DNA from: Bugula neritina
Lineage: Eukaryota; Animalia; Bryozoa
Reading direction: 5' to 3'
NCBI GenBank assembly: GCA_964035545.1
Contig: OZ037768.1
Location: 930,001-994,000, forward strand
Length of the DNA: 64,000 nucleotides
A program made the translations under genes and the position numbers. A model generated the notes under the pieces. The model made no database searches, was not told the origin of the DNA, and saw nothing but the letters and a program-made list of their open reading frames with translations. Positions 12,101 to 30,100 of this stretch are shown here, piece by piece. Position 1 is the stretch's first letter. Every line of letters begins with the position of its first letter.

Positions 12101-15100
12101 GCTGCCGCTAACAGTTCTTCAAACTTAGCAATCTCAGACAGATGTATCTCACTGAACAAGTCTCCTCCCCCACATGATGACTGCTGCCTCTGACTGTATG
12201 CCTTTGATGAGTCAGCATCTACACAGAGTTGACAGCATAACTACTACTGAGAGTATAGTACTGAGAGTATAGTACTGAGAGTATAGTACTGAGAGTATAG
12301 TACTGAGAGTATAGTACTGAGAGTATAGTACTGAGAGTATAGTACTGAGAGTATAACTATTGAAAGTACAACTACTTGGTACCTTCACTGCAGTTACTGT
12401 CACCCTCCTGGTCACTCGTAGTTGCTGACTCATCACCCGACTGACTCACGTCGAATATGTCCGAACTGATGCCCGTCAGGTGCGCCATCTTGTTGAGAGT
12501 GAAGATAGCTTCCTGCGTCCTCAGCTCGTCGTACTCTCGCTGCAGCTGGTGTCGCATCTGCACACATAAAACCAAACATAAGGAGAAGTAATTCCACATT
12601 GTGCTGTGATTCACTGCTGAGAGTCAGGGGAGGAAACTGCTGTGCCAGAACAGAGCTGTACAGCTCACACCACATACACCGCCCTCTAGTGTGCAGTGCT
12701 CTAGCGTGCAGTGCTCTAGCGTGCAGTGCTCTAGTGTGCAGAGCTCTAGCGTGCAGTGCTCTAGTGTGCAGAGCTCTAGTGTGCAGTGCTCTAGTGTGCA
12801 GAGCTCTAGCGTGCAGAGCTCTAGCGTGCAGAGCTCTAGCGTGCAGAGCTCTAGCGTGCAGTGCTCTAGTGTGCAGTGTAAATGTCTCTACTCAAAACAT
12901 AGAGCTCAATGTAACCTATAAACAGCAGAGAACACAACTCCCACTGCAAACTATGCCACATTCTGCCTGAGTAACACACCCAGTGTTTGACATTTGTATT
13001 GGGTTGTAATAAGTGTACCAGATTAAAAGAAAACAAATTACAGTCTAGTCATAACATTCAACATAATAGCTGAATAGAAGGTATTCAAGCTAAATGCCAA
13101 TCTACAGCACCACAAACAGATATAATAGAGAGCAGTGGCTTCACTTATATTGACATTACCAAATCTCCTTACTGTAGTTAAGGTATGATTTAACACAAGT
13201 AAGCTAGGTGAGTGAGAGATACTCTATATAGGGGAGGCAAATAAGTATGTCCCTCCCCCCCCCCCCCCTACTGAGTGAAATATTGAGCACACAGATGGAG
13301 AAAAAGTCTCTTTATGGAAAGAAGTTCGTGTGAATTAAGTTAAACCCAAGAGTTGGTACACAGAAAGTGAAAGCTGTCCTATCAGATGGTAAACTAACTG
13401 CTAACTCTAGTGGGAAATATCAGATGTTTTGACAATTAGTAGATTTCAGTGACAGACTGCTTAATCAATAGCCTTGAGTAGAAACTAACACTTTACTTCC
13501 AGTCATAAAACAACTGAGTGTAGGACAGTCTGGGACAATCTAGGACAGTTTAGGGCAGTCTAGGACAATCTAGGACAATCTAGGACAGTCTAGGACAGTC
13601 TAGGACAGTCTAGGAGAGGAGTTCTGCAGATACAATTGAAGCTATCAAAGTGATAAACTGCATCAGTTAGTTGAACATCCTGTGTTGAATACTAAATGCT
13701 GGCCATTAATCACTGCATACCAGAGGTTATAATGAATAATAAATTATTTAGTAAGTGAACACTGCTGCATGCAATTGGAATTTCCTTTTACATATACATC
13801 AGGTAGAGAGAGAGTTAGTGAGTGAGTGAGTGAGTGAGTGAGTGAGTGAGAGAGTGAGAGAGTGAGTGAGTGAGTGAGTGAGTGAGTGAGTGAGTGAGTG
13901 AGTGAGTGAGTGAGTGAGTGAGTGAGTGAGTGAGTGAGTGAGTGAGTGAGAGATTCCAAGATCAACAAACTCAAAGTATGCAAAATAATTGAAAATAAGT
14001 TCTATTTTAGCAAAACATTTGCTACCGATAAATTTACAAAACATTTTGCTGAAACTGCTGGTATTAACACAAGAGTGGAAGATTTAGTAGAAGTTGACAT
14101 TCAGTTGGACCTGTTTGCTGATAAGACATGCTACGAAGCAGCAGCAACAGCAGCATAGTTACTGGGTGAGCTAACATTACACTTCAGTGCCAGCATTGTT
14201 AATGGTTTGCAAATATGCTGAGTGTGACATAATAGTCTAGCAACAGCGACCTCTACAATCTACTTAGTATGACTAGCAATGAGGTCTACAGCTAGGTCAA
14301 TGTAATACTGAACTATTCACCTCTCGCTCATGAACCAGGCTCTTGATTGATTCTTCTAGATTGTTTTCTACGATTTCCCTCAAGTGCTGTAAGTCAGCAT
14401 TTTGCGCTTTTTGCTGCTCGACCTCTTCTTTCAGCCTCTCCTTCTCCCAGAGTAACTGCTGTACAGCAACCTGGAGAGAGATCAAGTATAAGTTTGAGTA
14501 AATTAACCACGAGGCAGAAACCGCTCCTCATATGATAGCTAAGGTTTATATAGAAGCTACCAAACAGTTTGACCTTTAGCAAACTGAGAACAATTCTTTA
14601 GTGCTATTCAGGAGTGAGGGGATGTCTGTGTGTCTCTGGTAAACTAAATCCGATGGCAGAGGGACTTAAGTGACAACCACGAATAATCCAGTGGTTGAGC
14701 CAACGCACCTGCCCTCTTATCTCCTTATCTGGCAGAGAATGGCAAAAACTACTCAAACTACTTTATAACACAGAATACAGCTTACTTTGGGATGACAAAT
14801 ACCAGCAGCTTTACTACTGGTGACAAAAGCTCACAACAACAGTGACTTTATCCCCAGAGACATACTATGGTATTTGCTCTCTGCATCAGCTTACAATCTG
14901 GGGCAGTAGAGGAGAGAAAATGGACTCACCTTTTCTTGCTGTAGACTGAGCACCTGTTTCTGTAGACTAATGTTCTCTTCCTCTAGCTCTGAGTAATCAC
15001 TCAGAATTCTCGATTCCCGCTGTTTGAATTCTCGGATATCGCGACGCAACGAGACCTTCTCAAGCTCCGCCTCTTCCAGTCTGTCGGCAAAACCCAAGTG

Positions 15101-16561
15101 AGTCGGCTCATCCGTCTGCAGGACCTCCAGTTTCTGTTTAGTCAATTTGAGTTCCGACTGCAGCTGATTAACTAACGACTTGTATTCTTCTTCCTTTGAG
15201 TTCTTCTCCAATATCAGCTGTTCTTCCTCCACGGAGTTGATGTGCTTCTCCAACTTACTCGAGACTTCATGCTTAGCTAACGCCTGTAACACGTAATAGC
15301 AACACAAATAAAGTCACAATCCTTCTGATATGAGAACAGTAAACACTAGCAACATATTCATAACTTATTGCTTGTACTAAAACATCAACAGCAAAACTTG
15401 CAAAAAAAAGAGATAAATGTGGGAATCATTGTTCAAACTAAAAGTAAGTTGAACACTCAAACTGGTCCAAAATATCCCAGCAATAAACTGACCCTGTCTA
15501 TATGATGCCTTCTTTCTAACTGAAAATACAGAATCTTAACTCTTTTTTTTCTTCAAATATATAATGGTAACAAATTTAGAAGCATTTTTCAACAGAGTAG
15601 AATCTAAAGTCCCACTTGTGGTGGTTTGAGCCTTCAAGATTCCAAGCACTGTAAGGTCATGGTAGGCTTGATATCCTTCCATCTATTAGGTTATATAGTT
15701 GCATAGTTACATAGATTCTATTACATTAGGTAGTAATCCGAGTGAACGTTTTGTAACAGCAACAACTACTAGAATTTAAGACCCAACAAACTGCTGAATG
15801 AGAAATTCTAACAGGTAAATTATAGAAAATTAGAATGTGAAAAGATTTTAACAATCAAAGTTTGATTTTGTGATGTAGTTATACAATGACAACGATTGAA
15901 TGAAACATGTTGACAATGATTTACAATGATCAACCATCACATATTTATATTAATATTAATGACCAACGTCGAAAAAGTAACAACACTCATTATATGATTA
16001 TATCAGTGGGTAATTATTCGATTAAAAACAAATAAATTTGATACAAATACTAAACACCAAAAAATATAACCATTATTTGTATTATATTTATTAATCATTT
16101 GATACATAATTATTCAGAATAAATCATATGTTAGACTTGGTCACAAGAATAAATAATAAATATTCAACATTTTTAATAGCCTGAAGTTATTCTAATCAGA
16201 ATTAAATGGAAAAGGTAGACATCGTAATAATTTCATGACGTTCGACATGAAAGTGATGATTGACTTACAGATTGAGATTACATTACAACATGAACCCGAA
16301 AATCAAAATGAAAATGAAAATAACTTAAGGGCCTACCTGCTTTAAGTGTTGCAACTCTACGCTAGTTTGCTCATTAATAAGCTCTAGTTGATCAAGTTGT
16401 TCTTGTAGCTGTTGTTTTTCTTCAAGTACTGCTAAGCCATACTCAGCAGCTTGAATCTTGTCCTGATTCACCGCTTCAACTTCTTTTTGAAGACGAGTTA
16501 GTTCTAAGCATAATTCTTCAACTTTATGGTCATGCACTGCATACCTGAGCTCCGCTTCCAT
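9172..16561 (-). CDS. BicD: Protein bicaudal D (dynein cargo adaptor), ~777 aa, 12 coding exons
   Basis: Exons (minus strand) 16337-16561, 14930-15283, 14321-14470, 12383-12557, 12042-12218, 11511-11644, 11244-11410, 11003-11067, 10773-10897, 10436-10669, 9776-10000, 9172-9474, all phase-consistent. Motifs: CC1 box [32 protein letters not shown], Spindly motif [82 protein letters not shown]. Confidence 0.95.
9495..9754. repeat. Minisatellite, 22-bp unit, filling last BicD intron
   Basis: actgagtactataactaacagt variants. Confidence 0.9.
9983..10415. repeat. 35-bp tandem repeat containing the BicD splice acceptor plus exon start, 12 copies
   Basis: Minus-strand unit tattatatttacctgcag|gtgttrgtcactcagac; ctgcag occurs at 10001, 10036, 10071 ... 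10390. Confidence 0.95.
11096..11225. repeat. Intronic minisatellite, 26-bp unit
   Basis: gtcatgtgacagcaggcagtgtaagg, about 4-5 copies. Confidence 0.85.
11645..12035. repeat. Compound minisatellite filling a BicD intron and ending at the acceptor
   Basis: ctacatacagtacagtacaca / ctacagtacaca units; the terminal unit supplies the acceptor tgtatgtag on the minus strand. Confidence 0.92.
12245..12356. repeat. Intronic minisatellite, 14-bp unit
   Basis: tactgagagtatag, about 8 copies. Confidence 0.92.
12685..12877. repeat. Intronic minisatellite, 15-bp unit
   Basis: ctctagygtgcagwg, about 13 copies. Confidence 0.92.
13520..13614. repeat. 10-bp tandem repeat
   Basis: taggacagtc / taggacaatc, about 9 copies. 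Confidence 0.88.
13808..13952. repeat. (GAGT)n microsatellite
   Basis: Nearly pure gagt run. Confidence 0.95.
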
Positions 16562-17657
16562 TGGACTTGATGCAGTGCCACCATGAAACTGAAGAACTAT
16601 TATTTCAGAAAAAACAATAAATGTGTGTCAGCACTTCTAATGTCACATCCAATAACACTAACTATAACTAGTAAAACTAAATTACTACTAGCATAAGGAT
16701 ATTTTTGTTACATTTCACAGTACATCGGTATTTCTTCGCCGTACATGATCGTACTTGTATCTCGTTATTTTAGAAACCCGTCTTTGAATTATTAGCACAA
16801 ACATCTACAACACTCGATTTTTATTTGAGGATATAATTGTACTATACACATTTTGCTTGAAATTACGAGTTATCTTCTACCGTGCAAGCTTCTGTCGGTA
16901 GCTTATGGCAAAGCACTATCTAAAAAATTATTTCAGTCTTGAGGGATATACTCATGTTTAGGCAACATAATATTATAAGTACATTTAATACTAAAACGAC
17001 TTACTGCAACACTTGGAAGAACAAAATATTTTTTTATTATATGCTACAGTAGTGCAAAATTTTGATGTCACTTTAGCACGCCTAATCTCTGGAACACAGG
17101 CTGCTATTTATAGAACAACTTTGAACAGGCTACAAGGTAATATACGAGTGTGTTGATGCTTGGAAGGCTGGAGGACAAATTTACTGTGACTTTTAGATTT
17201 GTTTATAGTTCATGATAGTCATCACTTGCGTAGTGGTTATTAGATTAAGGTTCTAAACATTACTAATGTGAATTTTATGCTGAAGAAAATAAAATTAATG
17301 ATACAACATTCAACTATTTATTGATATATTCAGATTGAATAAAACAAACATAGAAAATTTAGGTTGTCAATTTTCAAAGGAATTAAATACATAAATATAT
17401 AAAAAGGTAGCTTATTTGTGGGTATAAAGACACTTTGTAGAAAAATGTATCCAACATGTAGTATATACAATAATGTGGAAACATATACAGTACTTGGGAA
17501 TTTTTATAAAGTTCAACAAGTGTCAACACTGAATAATAATTAGAAAGAAACTCTTTTGCAGCAACAGACTTGGTTGATGATATTCGCTCAGTCATCATAC
17601 AGCCAGTTTTAGTCTATAGCAAACCTAGGGGCAGCAAGAAATGATTGTTAGACATTT

Positions 17658-17671
17658 GTTGCCATGGCAAC
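17658..17671. promoter_or_regulatory. Candidate RFX X-box
   Basis: Perfect palindrome GTTGCCATGGCAAC (extends to 16 bp), ~1.1 kb upstream of the BicD ATG. Confidence 0.5.
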
Positions 17672-19681
17672 AGATCCATAAAGCATGTATCAACACAACA
17701 ATGATAATTTTCAGCAACAAAGCTAGTGATTGGATGAGCAGTATAAAGAAACTTAATGTAACACAAGCAGGTTTCAGCTGACTGGCATTGCATCCACGTT
17801 AAGGATGGAACACAAAGTGAATTTATTTTAAGATGTTATTTAATTAATCTATTTGTTTCATCTATATTTCATTTCCAAACCAATCAGACAACAACCCTCA
17901 TATAATTTATACATTCAAGGCAGATCTACAGTTAAACACTCTGAGGAACTATAAACTTAAGACGGCGCAGACTGCATACGTACCAAGCGTAGTCTCACTT
18001 TCTCCCATTAAAATTCTTCCAATTACAAACTTTTCCTTGCAGAGATCCCCATCTAAAAAACCAGCTGTCCATCAAACATCACACAACAAGGGGATATCAG
18101 TTATGTAATGAAAATTAATTCTTTTCTAGTTGCTACTAAAAGTTGTGCTACCTCGCTAAGCTAAATGTCATGTTTTGGCTAATTTCTACTTTATAAGGTA
18201 ATATACTACAAGACTTATACACACTTACTGTAAGGTATAATTGGACAATAACTTACCATATTTATCCAATCAGAATTGCTTTAGCATCTGCTAAGGAAAG
18301 TGAATAAAACAAACTACATACAAACATTCGCACTCAACATACAAAGTGTAGAATATTTATATAAAACCTGAAATATGATGTAATATTTGATCTCCACATC
18401 AGTGCAGCGCGAGACTTAATTCAGCCAAACACTGTTGGCACGGTGTCAATCACTTGACCACATCTGCCGGCGACGGCCTGCAATACCATCACACAAATAA
18501 TAGGGGTGGTAACTCTGTACAAGGGGCGATAAGTAAAGAGTTTTCAACTGCAGGTTGAGGTGACACAAGTTGCTAGTAGTTAGTAAAGTTGCTAGTAGTT
18601 AGTAAAGTTGCTGTACAAGGAAAGACACACTAGTGTTATGCATTGTTACAAATATATTCAGTTTCAATTTAAAGATGAGCGCAATGTTAGCTGGAAATAC
18701 AATTCTACATTCTCTCATTGATTACTGGTCTGAGAGATTTAGTATACATGAATCATAGTAAAGCTCAACAAATAAAACTTATTTTAAAATCAGATATAAA
18801 TTTCACCCAAAAATGGTTATTTTATTCCATAATTTTATTTCAACTTCACTATGCTTTTTACAATTAATCTTATTCTTCAATTACATTATTCAAAACTAAA
18901 AAAGTGTTTTAGAGCAGTCATACTGTTGGGCTAAGCCAGAATTATATGCTGTTTTCCAGCAGAAGGCAGATTGGCGGTAACATTGCAATGGATTGAACAT
19001 GGTGGAAACTGGGACTAAATACAGATGCCCAAAATCTTCTCAAATGCAAACATCAGAATACAAAACTGGGAGCAAATGCAATGAATCTCCAACACTGGGG
19101 TACTGGTTGGGATACTGATATTGATGTGACGCGAAGTTATACTGATAGTTCAACTGGCTGTTGCTAATGTACCCCCACCCGTGTGCACCGAGCAGCGAGG
19201 ACATGTTTTGGGGACCCCTTCTTACCATCCAACTATTCTAGGGTTCTAAGGCTGTAGCCAGCTCTAGCTGTATCAGCAGCTAAGTATATGCCTCCATTTC
19301 ATCAGCCAATCAATTCTCTCAATGATTTGCAAGTAGCCAATCAAATCACTGAACAGTCTTGGCTATCGGATACAATAGAAAAAACACAGCAATAAAACGA
19401 TATTTGCTACAGAATGATGAAAGTGAATTTAATAAGAGAATATGTTACAATAAATGATCAAAATGGTGAATAGACATTGTCTTGTAGTGTATAACGTTCA
19501 TAGACAGTAAGATATTGTATTACAGTATTGTTATACGCAGCATTTCCTATCTCAGGAACCAAAGAGTTACTGTCCCAAACTATAGTTACGTTACGTAGTC
19601 TCATTACTTTGGCCTATATTCAGTATTCCTTTACAACAACCCCGTTTCCGGACGCATGTATGTCACATCCTGTGAGTGATG

Positions 19682-25362
<5,681 letters not shown>

Positions 25363-26097
25363 TTTGAATCTGGTCTTCTGTTGCTGCCTGAGACTTAATG
25401 TATACCTATTAACATGAATACATTATGAATTTATTCAGATTACAGGAATCAACAACACATCGCAAACACGGCCATCTTGATTGTAATCTAAGTCTTACAT
25501 AATTTTTTTTTTCATAAATACACAAAGTGAAAGTGTAACTAATATTACTAGTAATTTTTATTTTTATTACTACTTTTACTGGCATTGCAATTTAGTCACT
25601 AATTTAGTGAATCATTGTAATTTGTATGTGTTGCAACAAAAATTATTAAACAAATATAACTATTACTCAGTAAATGAGTAATACGATTACGGATTAGTAT
25701 TATTTTTATAGTTAAAGTATTAATATTAATATTACAGCATAAATATAAATATGATAATCACTTAGAAGACTAAGAGTAAGTCACAAGTGAAACTCAAACA
25801 GAAAATCAAAATAATAATTATGATATAAATTTAAATTAAATCAAAATAAAATTAAAAATATCCTACTTTACCTTTGCCTTTAGTTAACTTATTTAGTTAT
25901 TTAGTTTTGGTTAAAACTGAAACTGATTTTGAATGTAAGATATTAGAGACAACATACTTGGCTTTATATTAATGACAGTAACAGCTGCAAACTATGAGGC
26001 ACTCAATTGAGCTGAAGATTGCCAAGAACTTGATGTACGATCAGTTTAATTCGATTTGAAACGATGAACAACGTAATGGCGATAATGGTATTTCCAA

Positions 26098-26113
26098 GCC
26101 ACTAGATGGCGCT
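26098..26113 (+). promoter_or_regulatory. Candidate CTCF-binding site between divergent PRP4 and ECI2
   Basis: GCCACTAGATGGCGCT matches the bilaterian CTCF core CCACYAGRKGGCGC. Confidence 0.5.
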
Positions 26114-26511
26114 TTAAATTTTGCCGTAGCCTGTGCTTCATCAAGTAATGTAGACCATATCTCCGCAAACACCCTACATGTTTCTTTCTGTTTCGCAAAA
26201 ACTATTTTTTGATCTCTTATCCTGTTTGTCTCAACATAAGTATCAAAGCCACTGTATTTGTATTAACTATATATTATCGCTCCCAACTTAACCACTATCA
26301 GATTAGCCGCTTCCTGTTTTATTCATTTAATTTTATAATTATAGCTACAAGTACAACTACAAGTGATTAGAAATATGTCAATTTATTTCAGCTTTTGATT
26401 AGGGTCATTCTGTAACTCTAACGCACATATTTTCTACTGTTGGTTCGAAATTTTACAACTACAAGTCAAGGCTTTTGGCAAATCAACTGGGTTAAAAAAT
26501 TTTTTGACGTG

Positions 26512-26638
26512 TTCATACTCATACTCATAGTCATACTCGTACTGTGTCTGATACTCATAGTCATACTGATACTCATACTCATACAGTCATAGTGATAGTG
26601 ATAGTCTGTATCATAGTGATAGTCATACTGATAGTGAT
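26512..26638. repeat. Degenerate hexamer microsatellite
   Basis: tcatac/tcatag/tgatag units. Confidence 0.8.
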
Positions 26639-27180
26639 GTCTATTAGTAATTAGTATATTATCACTACATTATTGATTTAAAAAATAAACTTTCTGCAGT
26701 GTCTGCTACTTTTGATACCTCTTGATCGTAGGATTCCTTGCATTTGCAGTTTGGTCTGAGTTAATGATGCAGACAGGCTAGCTAGTGCACAAATATGGTT
26801 AAAGAGTGAGAGTTTTTCAAAGTAGACTAGCACACTGATTTCGCTTTCTGGTGTATAATGGTTAAGTTCAACTTCAACTCACATCTGTTGCAAATGAGTT
26901 AGAAAGCATTCACTCATACATTTTCTAACTCCATTTTCTTGCAAACTGTAAGTATCGAGTAACTGGATGCCATGCAGCATTATAAGTATGAAAGGGGTGT
27001 AGCGACCTAATGTTAATTTCTCTAGAACTGTGGACTTTATTGTTGCTGAAACTTGACTCTGTAATGTTAATTGTTAACTTGATTTCATTCTGAATGATTT
27101 TATATTATAGGTACACTTTAGATACACTATTTTACTCCAGCTAAATCAAAAGATATTACTGATTATTGATTTATTTTAGT

Positions 27181-30100
27181 ATGGCTTTGCGAGTGGGGTC
27201 AAAGATTTTCAGGAGCTCTTCACAGCTATATAAATACACTGGTGCTTTAGCAGCTACTCTGAGAGGTCACTTGCAAGGTCAAAGGTAAGCTTACAAGTAA
27301 AATCAATTTATTTATCAGTAAAATTTAGGCTAAAAACTGCTTTTCAAAATTACATAATTACCATGCTATAAACTGAGAATTGTAATAATTCACAAGTTTT
27401 TAATATTAGTCTGCATGCCTAATAAATTACTCTTTCTATTTAGCCTTTGGATCAAAGTTTTGTTTTGTGTGTTTCGTGCTGTGTATAGACTACATGTGAA
27501 ATTGTTTGTTGCAGTCAAATCGGGCCCCTTCACACCTCCCCGTACCTCAGAGGTGCTCATGACACCGAATTTAATAAAGCCAAAGAAAGACTTTCCCAAC
27601 TTAAGGAAGATCCAGGAAACCAGGTTAAACTGCAGATATATGCACTCTTTAAGCAGGTAATAAGTGTGTTAATACTACTAACAGGTGCTCCCTTCTAACA
27701 AGTGCTTTTTCCTGACAGGTGCTCCCTCCTCTCCTCCTAACAGGTGCCCTCTTCTAACAGGTGCTCCTTTCTAACAGGTGCCTTCTTCTAACAGGTGCTC
27801 CTTTCTAACAGGTGCCCCCTCCTAATAGATATAGAATGGTACTGTAGGAGTGTGCATACTATTTGTTAGCAGTCTTCTGACACCTTGCACTTGTCCATAT
27901 GTTTAGGTAGTTGGTATAGGTGTATAGATGTGTGCACCGGAAAGATTAACTTTGTAACATAAGATTTGCAGTAAATGATGATTTTTTGGCATTTTCTCTG
28001 GCTGCATTCTAGAATTTATATTTCCAATAACGATATTTGTATAGGAGATGCCGTTAGGGTTCACCATACTAAAAGCTGGTGGAGATAAACATTCTAATAC
28101 TTTAGAATTAAATATCTATAATTGAACTCTACAAAAAATTTTTTAAATAGAATAATGTTTGTAAGTGTCCTTTTGTATGCAGTATGTACACAGTGTAGTG
28201 TATGTATACAGTATGCAGTGTAGTGTATGTATACAGTGTAGTGTATGTACACAGTGTAGTGTATGTATACAGTGTAGTGTATGTATACAGTGTAGTGTAT
28301 GTACACAGTGTAGTGTATGTATACAGTGTAGTGTATGTATACAGTATGCAGTGTAGTGTATGTATACAGTATAGTATATGTATACAGTGTAGTGTATGTA
28401 CACAGTGTAGTGTATGTATACAGTGTAGTGTATGTATACAGTGTATGTATGTATACAGTGTAGTGTATGTACACAGTGTAGTGTATGTATACAGTGTAGT
28501 GTATGTATACAGTGTAGTGTATGTACACAGTGTAGTGTATGTATACAGTGTAGTGTATGTATACAGTGTAGTGTATGTATACAGTGTAGTGTATGTACAC
28601 AGTGTAGTGTATGTATACAGTGTAGTGTATGTATACAGTGTAGTGTATGTACACAGTGTAGTGTATGTATACAGTGTAGTGTATGTACACAGTGTAGTGT
28701 ATGTATACAGTGTAGTGTATGTATACAGTGTAGTGTATGTACACAGTGTAGTGTATGTATACAGTGTAGTGTATGTATACAGTGTATGTATGTATACAGT
28801 GTAGTGTATGTACACAGTGTAGTGTATGTATACAGTGTAGTGTATGTATACAGTGTAGTGTATGTACACAGTGTAGTGTATGTATACAGTGTAGTGTATG
28901 TATACAGTGTAGTGTATGTATACAGTGTAGTGTATGTACACAGTGTAGTGTATGTATACAGTGTAGTGTATGTATACAGTGTAGTGTATGTATACAGTGT
29001 AGTGTATGTATACAGTGTATGTATGTATACAGTGTAGTGTATGTACACAGTGTAGTGTATGTATACAGTGTAGTGTATGTATACAGTGTAGTGTATGTAC
29101 ACAGTGTAGTGTATGTATACAGTGTAGTGTATGTATACAGTGTAGTGTATGTATACAGTGTAGTGTATGTATACAGTGTAGTGTATGTATGCAGTGTAGT
29201 GTATGTATACAGTGTAGTGTATGTATACAGTGTAGTGTATGTATGCAGTGTAGTGTATGTATGTATACAGTGTAGTGTGTGTATGCAGTGTAGTGTATGT
29301 ACACAGTGTATGTATGTAGTGTATATACTGTTATATATCATGCTCTAAGAGCGAATTAATACCTTTGTTACGTCTTATTGCAGTCAACCATTGGTGCCAA
29401 CACTACTAAGAAGCCTGGAATGATGGACTTTGTCGGCAAGGCTAAGTGGGATGCCTGGACAGCTCTTGGATCTCTCTCGCAGGTACAGAGGTCCTCTAGA
29501 GCACAACTACTATTATGTTTATTAATAAAGAAAGAATATTGAGTTAGTTTTAATGATGATCTCAGAAGTTGTCTTCCCCTGCAGGACGATGCACAGCTCA
29601 AGTACATTGAGCTCATCAACAGTCTCGTATCGAGTGACTCATCTGCTCACTCAGCTGACCCTGCGACCTCTGGCAAATACACGACCCTCGATGTAACCAA
29701 TCAGAACGGTGTTTGTAAGATTCAACTCAATAGACCCAAGAAGAAGAACGCCATCACTATTGATGTGAGTGGGTGCTACAGGCTGTTCAGGGTTCACCGG
29801 TTTAAACCGTTACAAGTCTGCTAACAGAGTATAGATAGCCAGTATCTTCTCAATGGTTAGGAGTTATTTTCTCTTCTCACTCCAGTGAGTACTACTAGTA
29901 CAGTGAGTACTACTACTAGTGAGTGCTACTAGTACTCTGAGTACTACTAACAGTGAGTACTACTAGTGAGTACTACTAGTGAGTACTACTAGTGAGTACT
30001 ACTAGTGAGTACTACTAATAGTGAGTACTACTAGTGAGTAAAAGGTGGTAGTCTGTTTCAGATGTACAATGAGTGGGCGGCTGCATTGGCAGAGGCGGAT

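Noticed and set aside
18400-19330. Possible small minus-strand gene (ORF 19040-19228 plus exon-like pieces)
   Set aside because: No recognisable homology and no convincing phase-consistent exon chain; it may be PRP4 3' UTR.
28094-29348. Long ORFs (up to 415 aa) on both strands
   Set aside because: They are translations of an 18-bp intronic minisatellite. The same applies to the repeat-derived parts of ORFs at 11500-12193, 12599-12970, 13744-14044, 21020-21520, 33920-34669, 47638-48131, 48863-49386, 49416-50270, 51504-52030 and 61183-61644.
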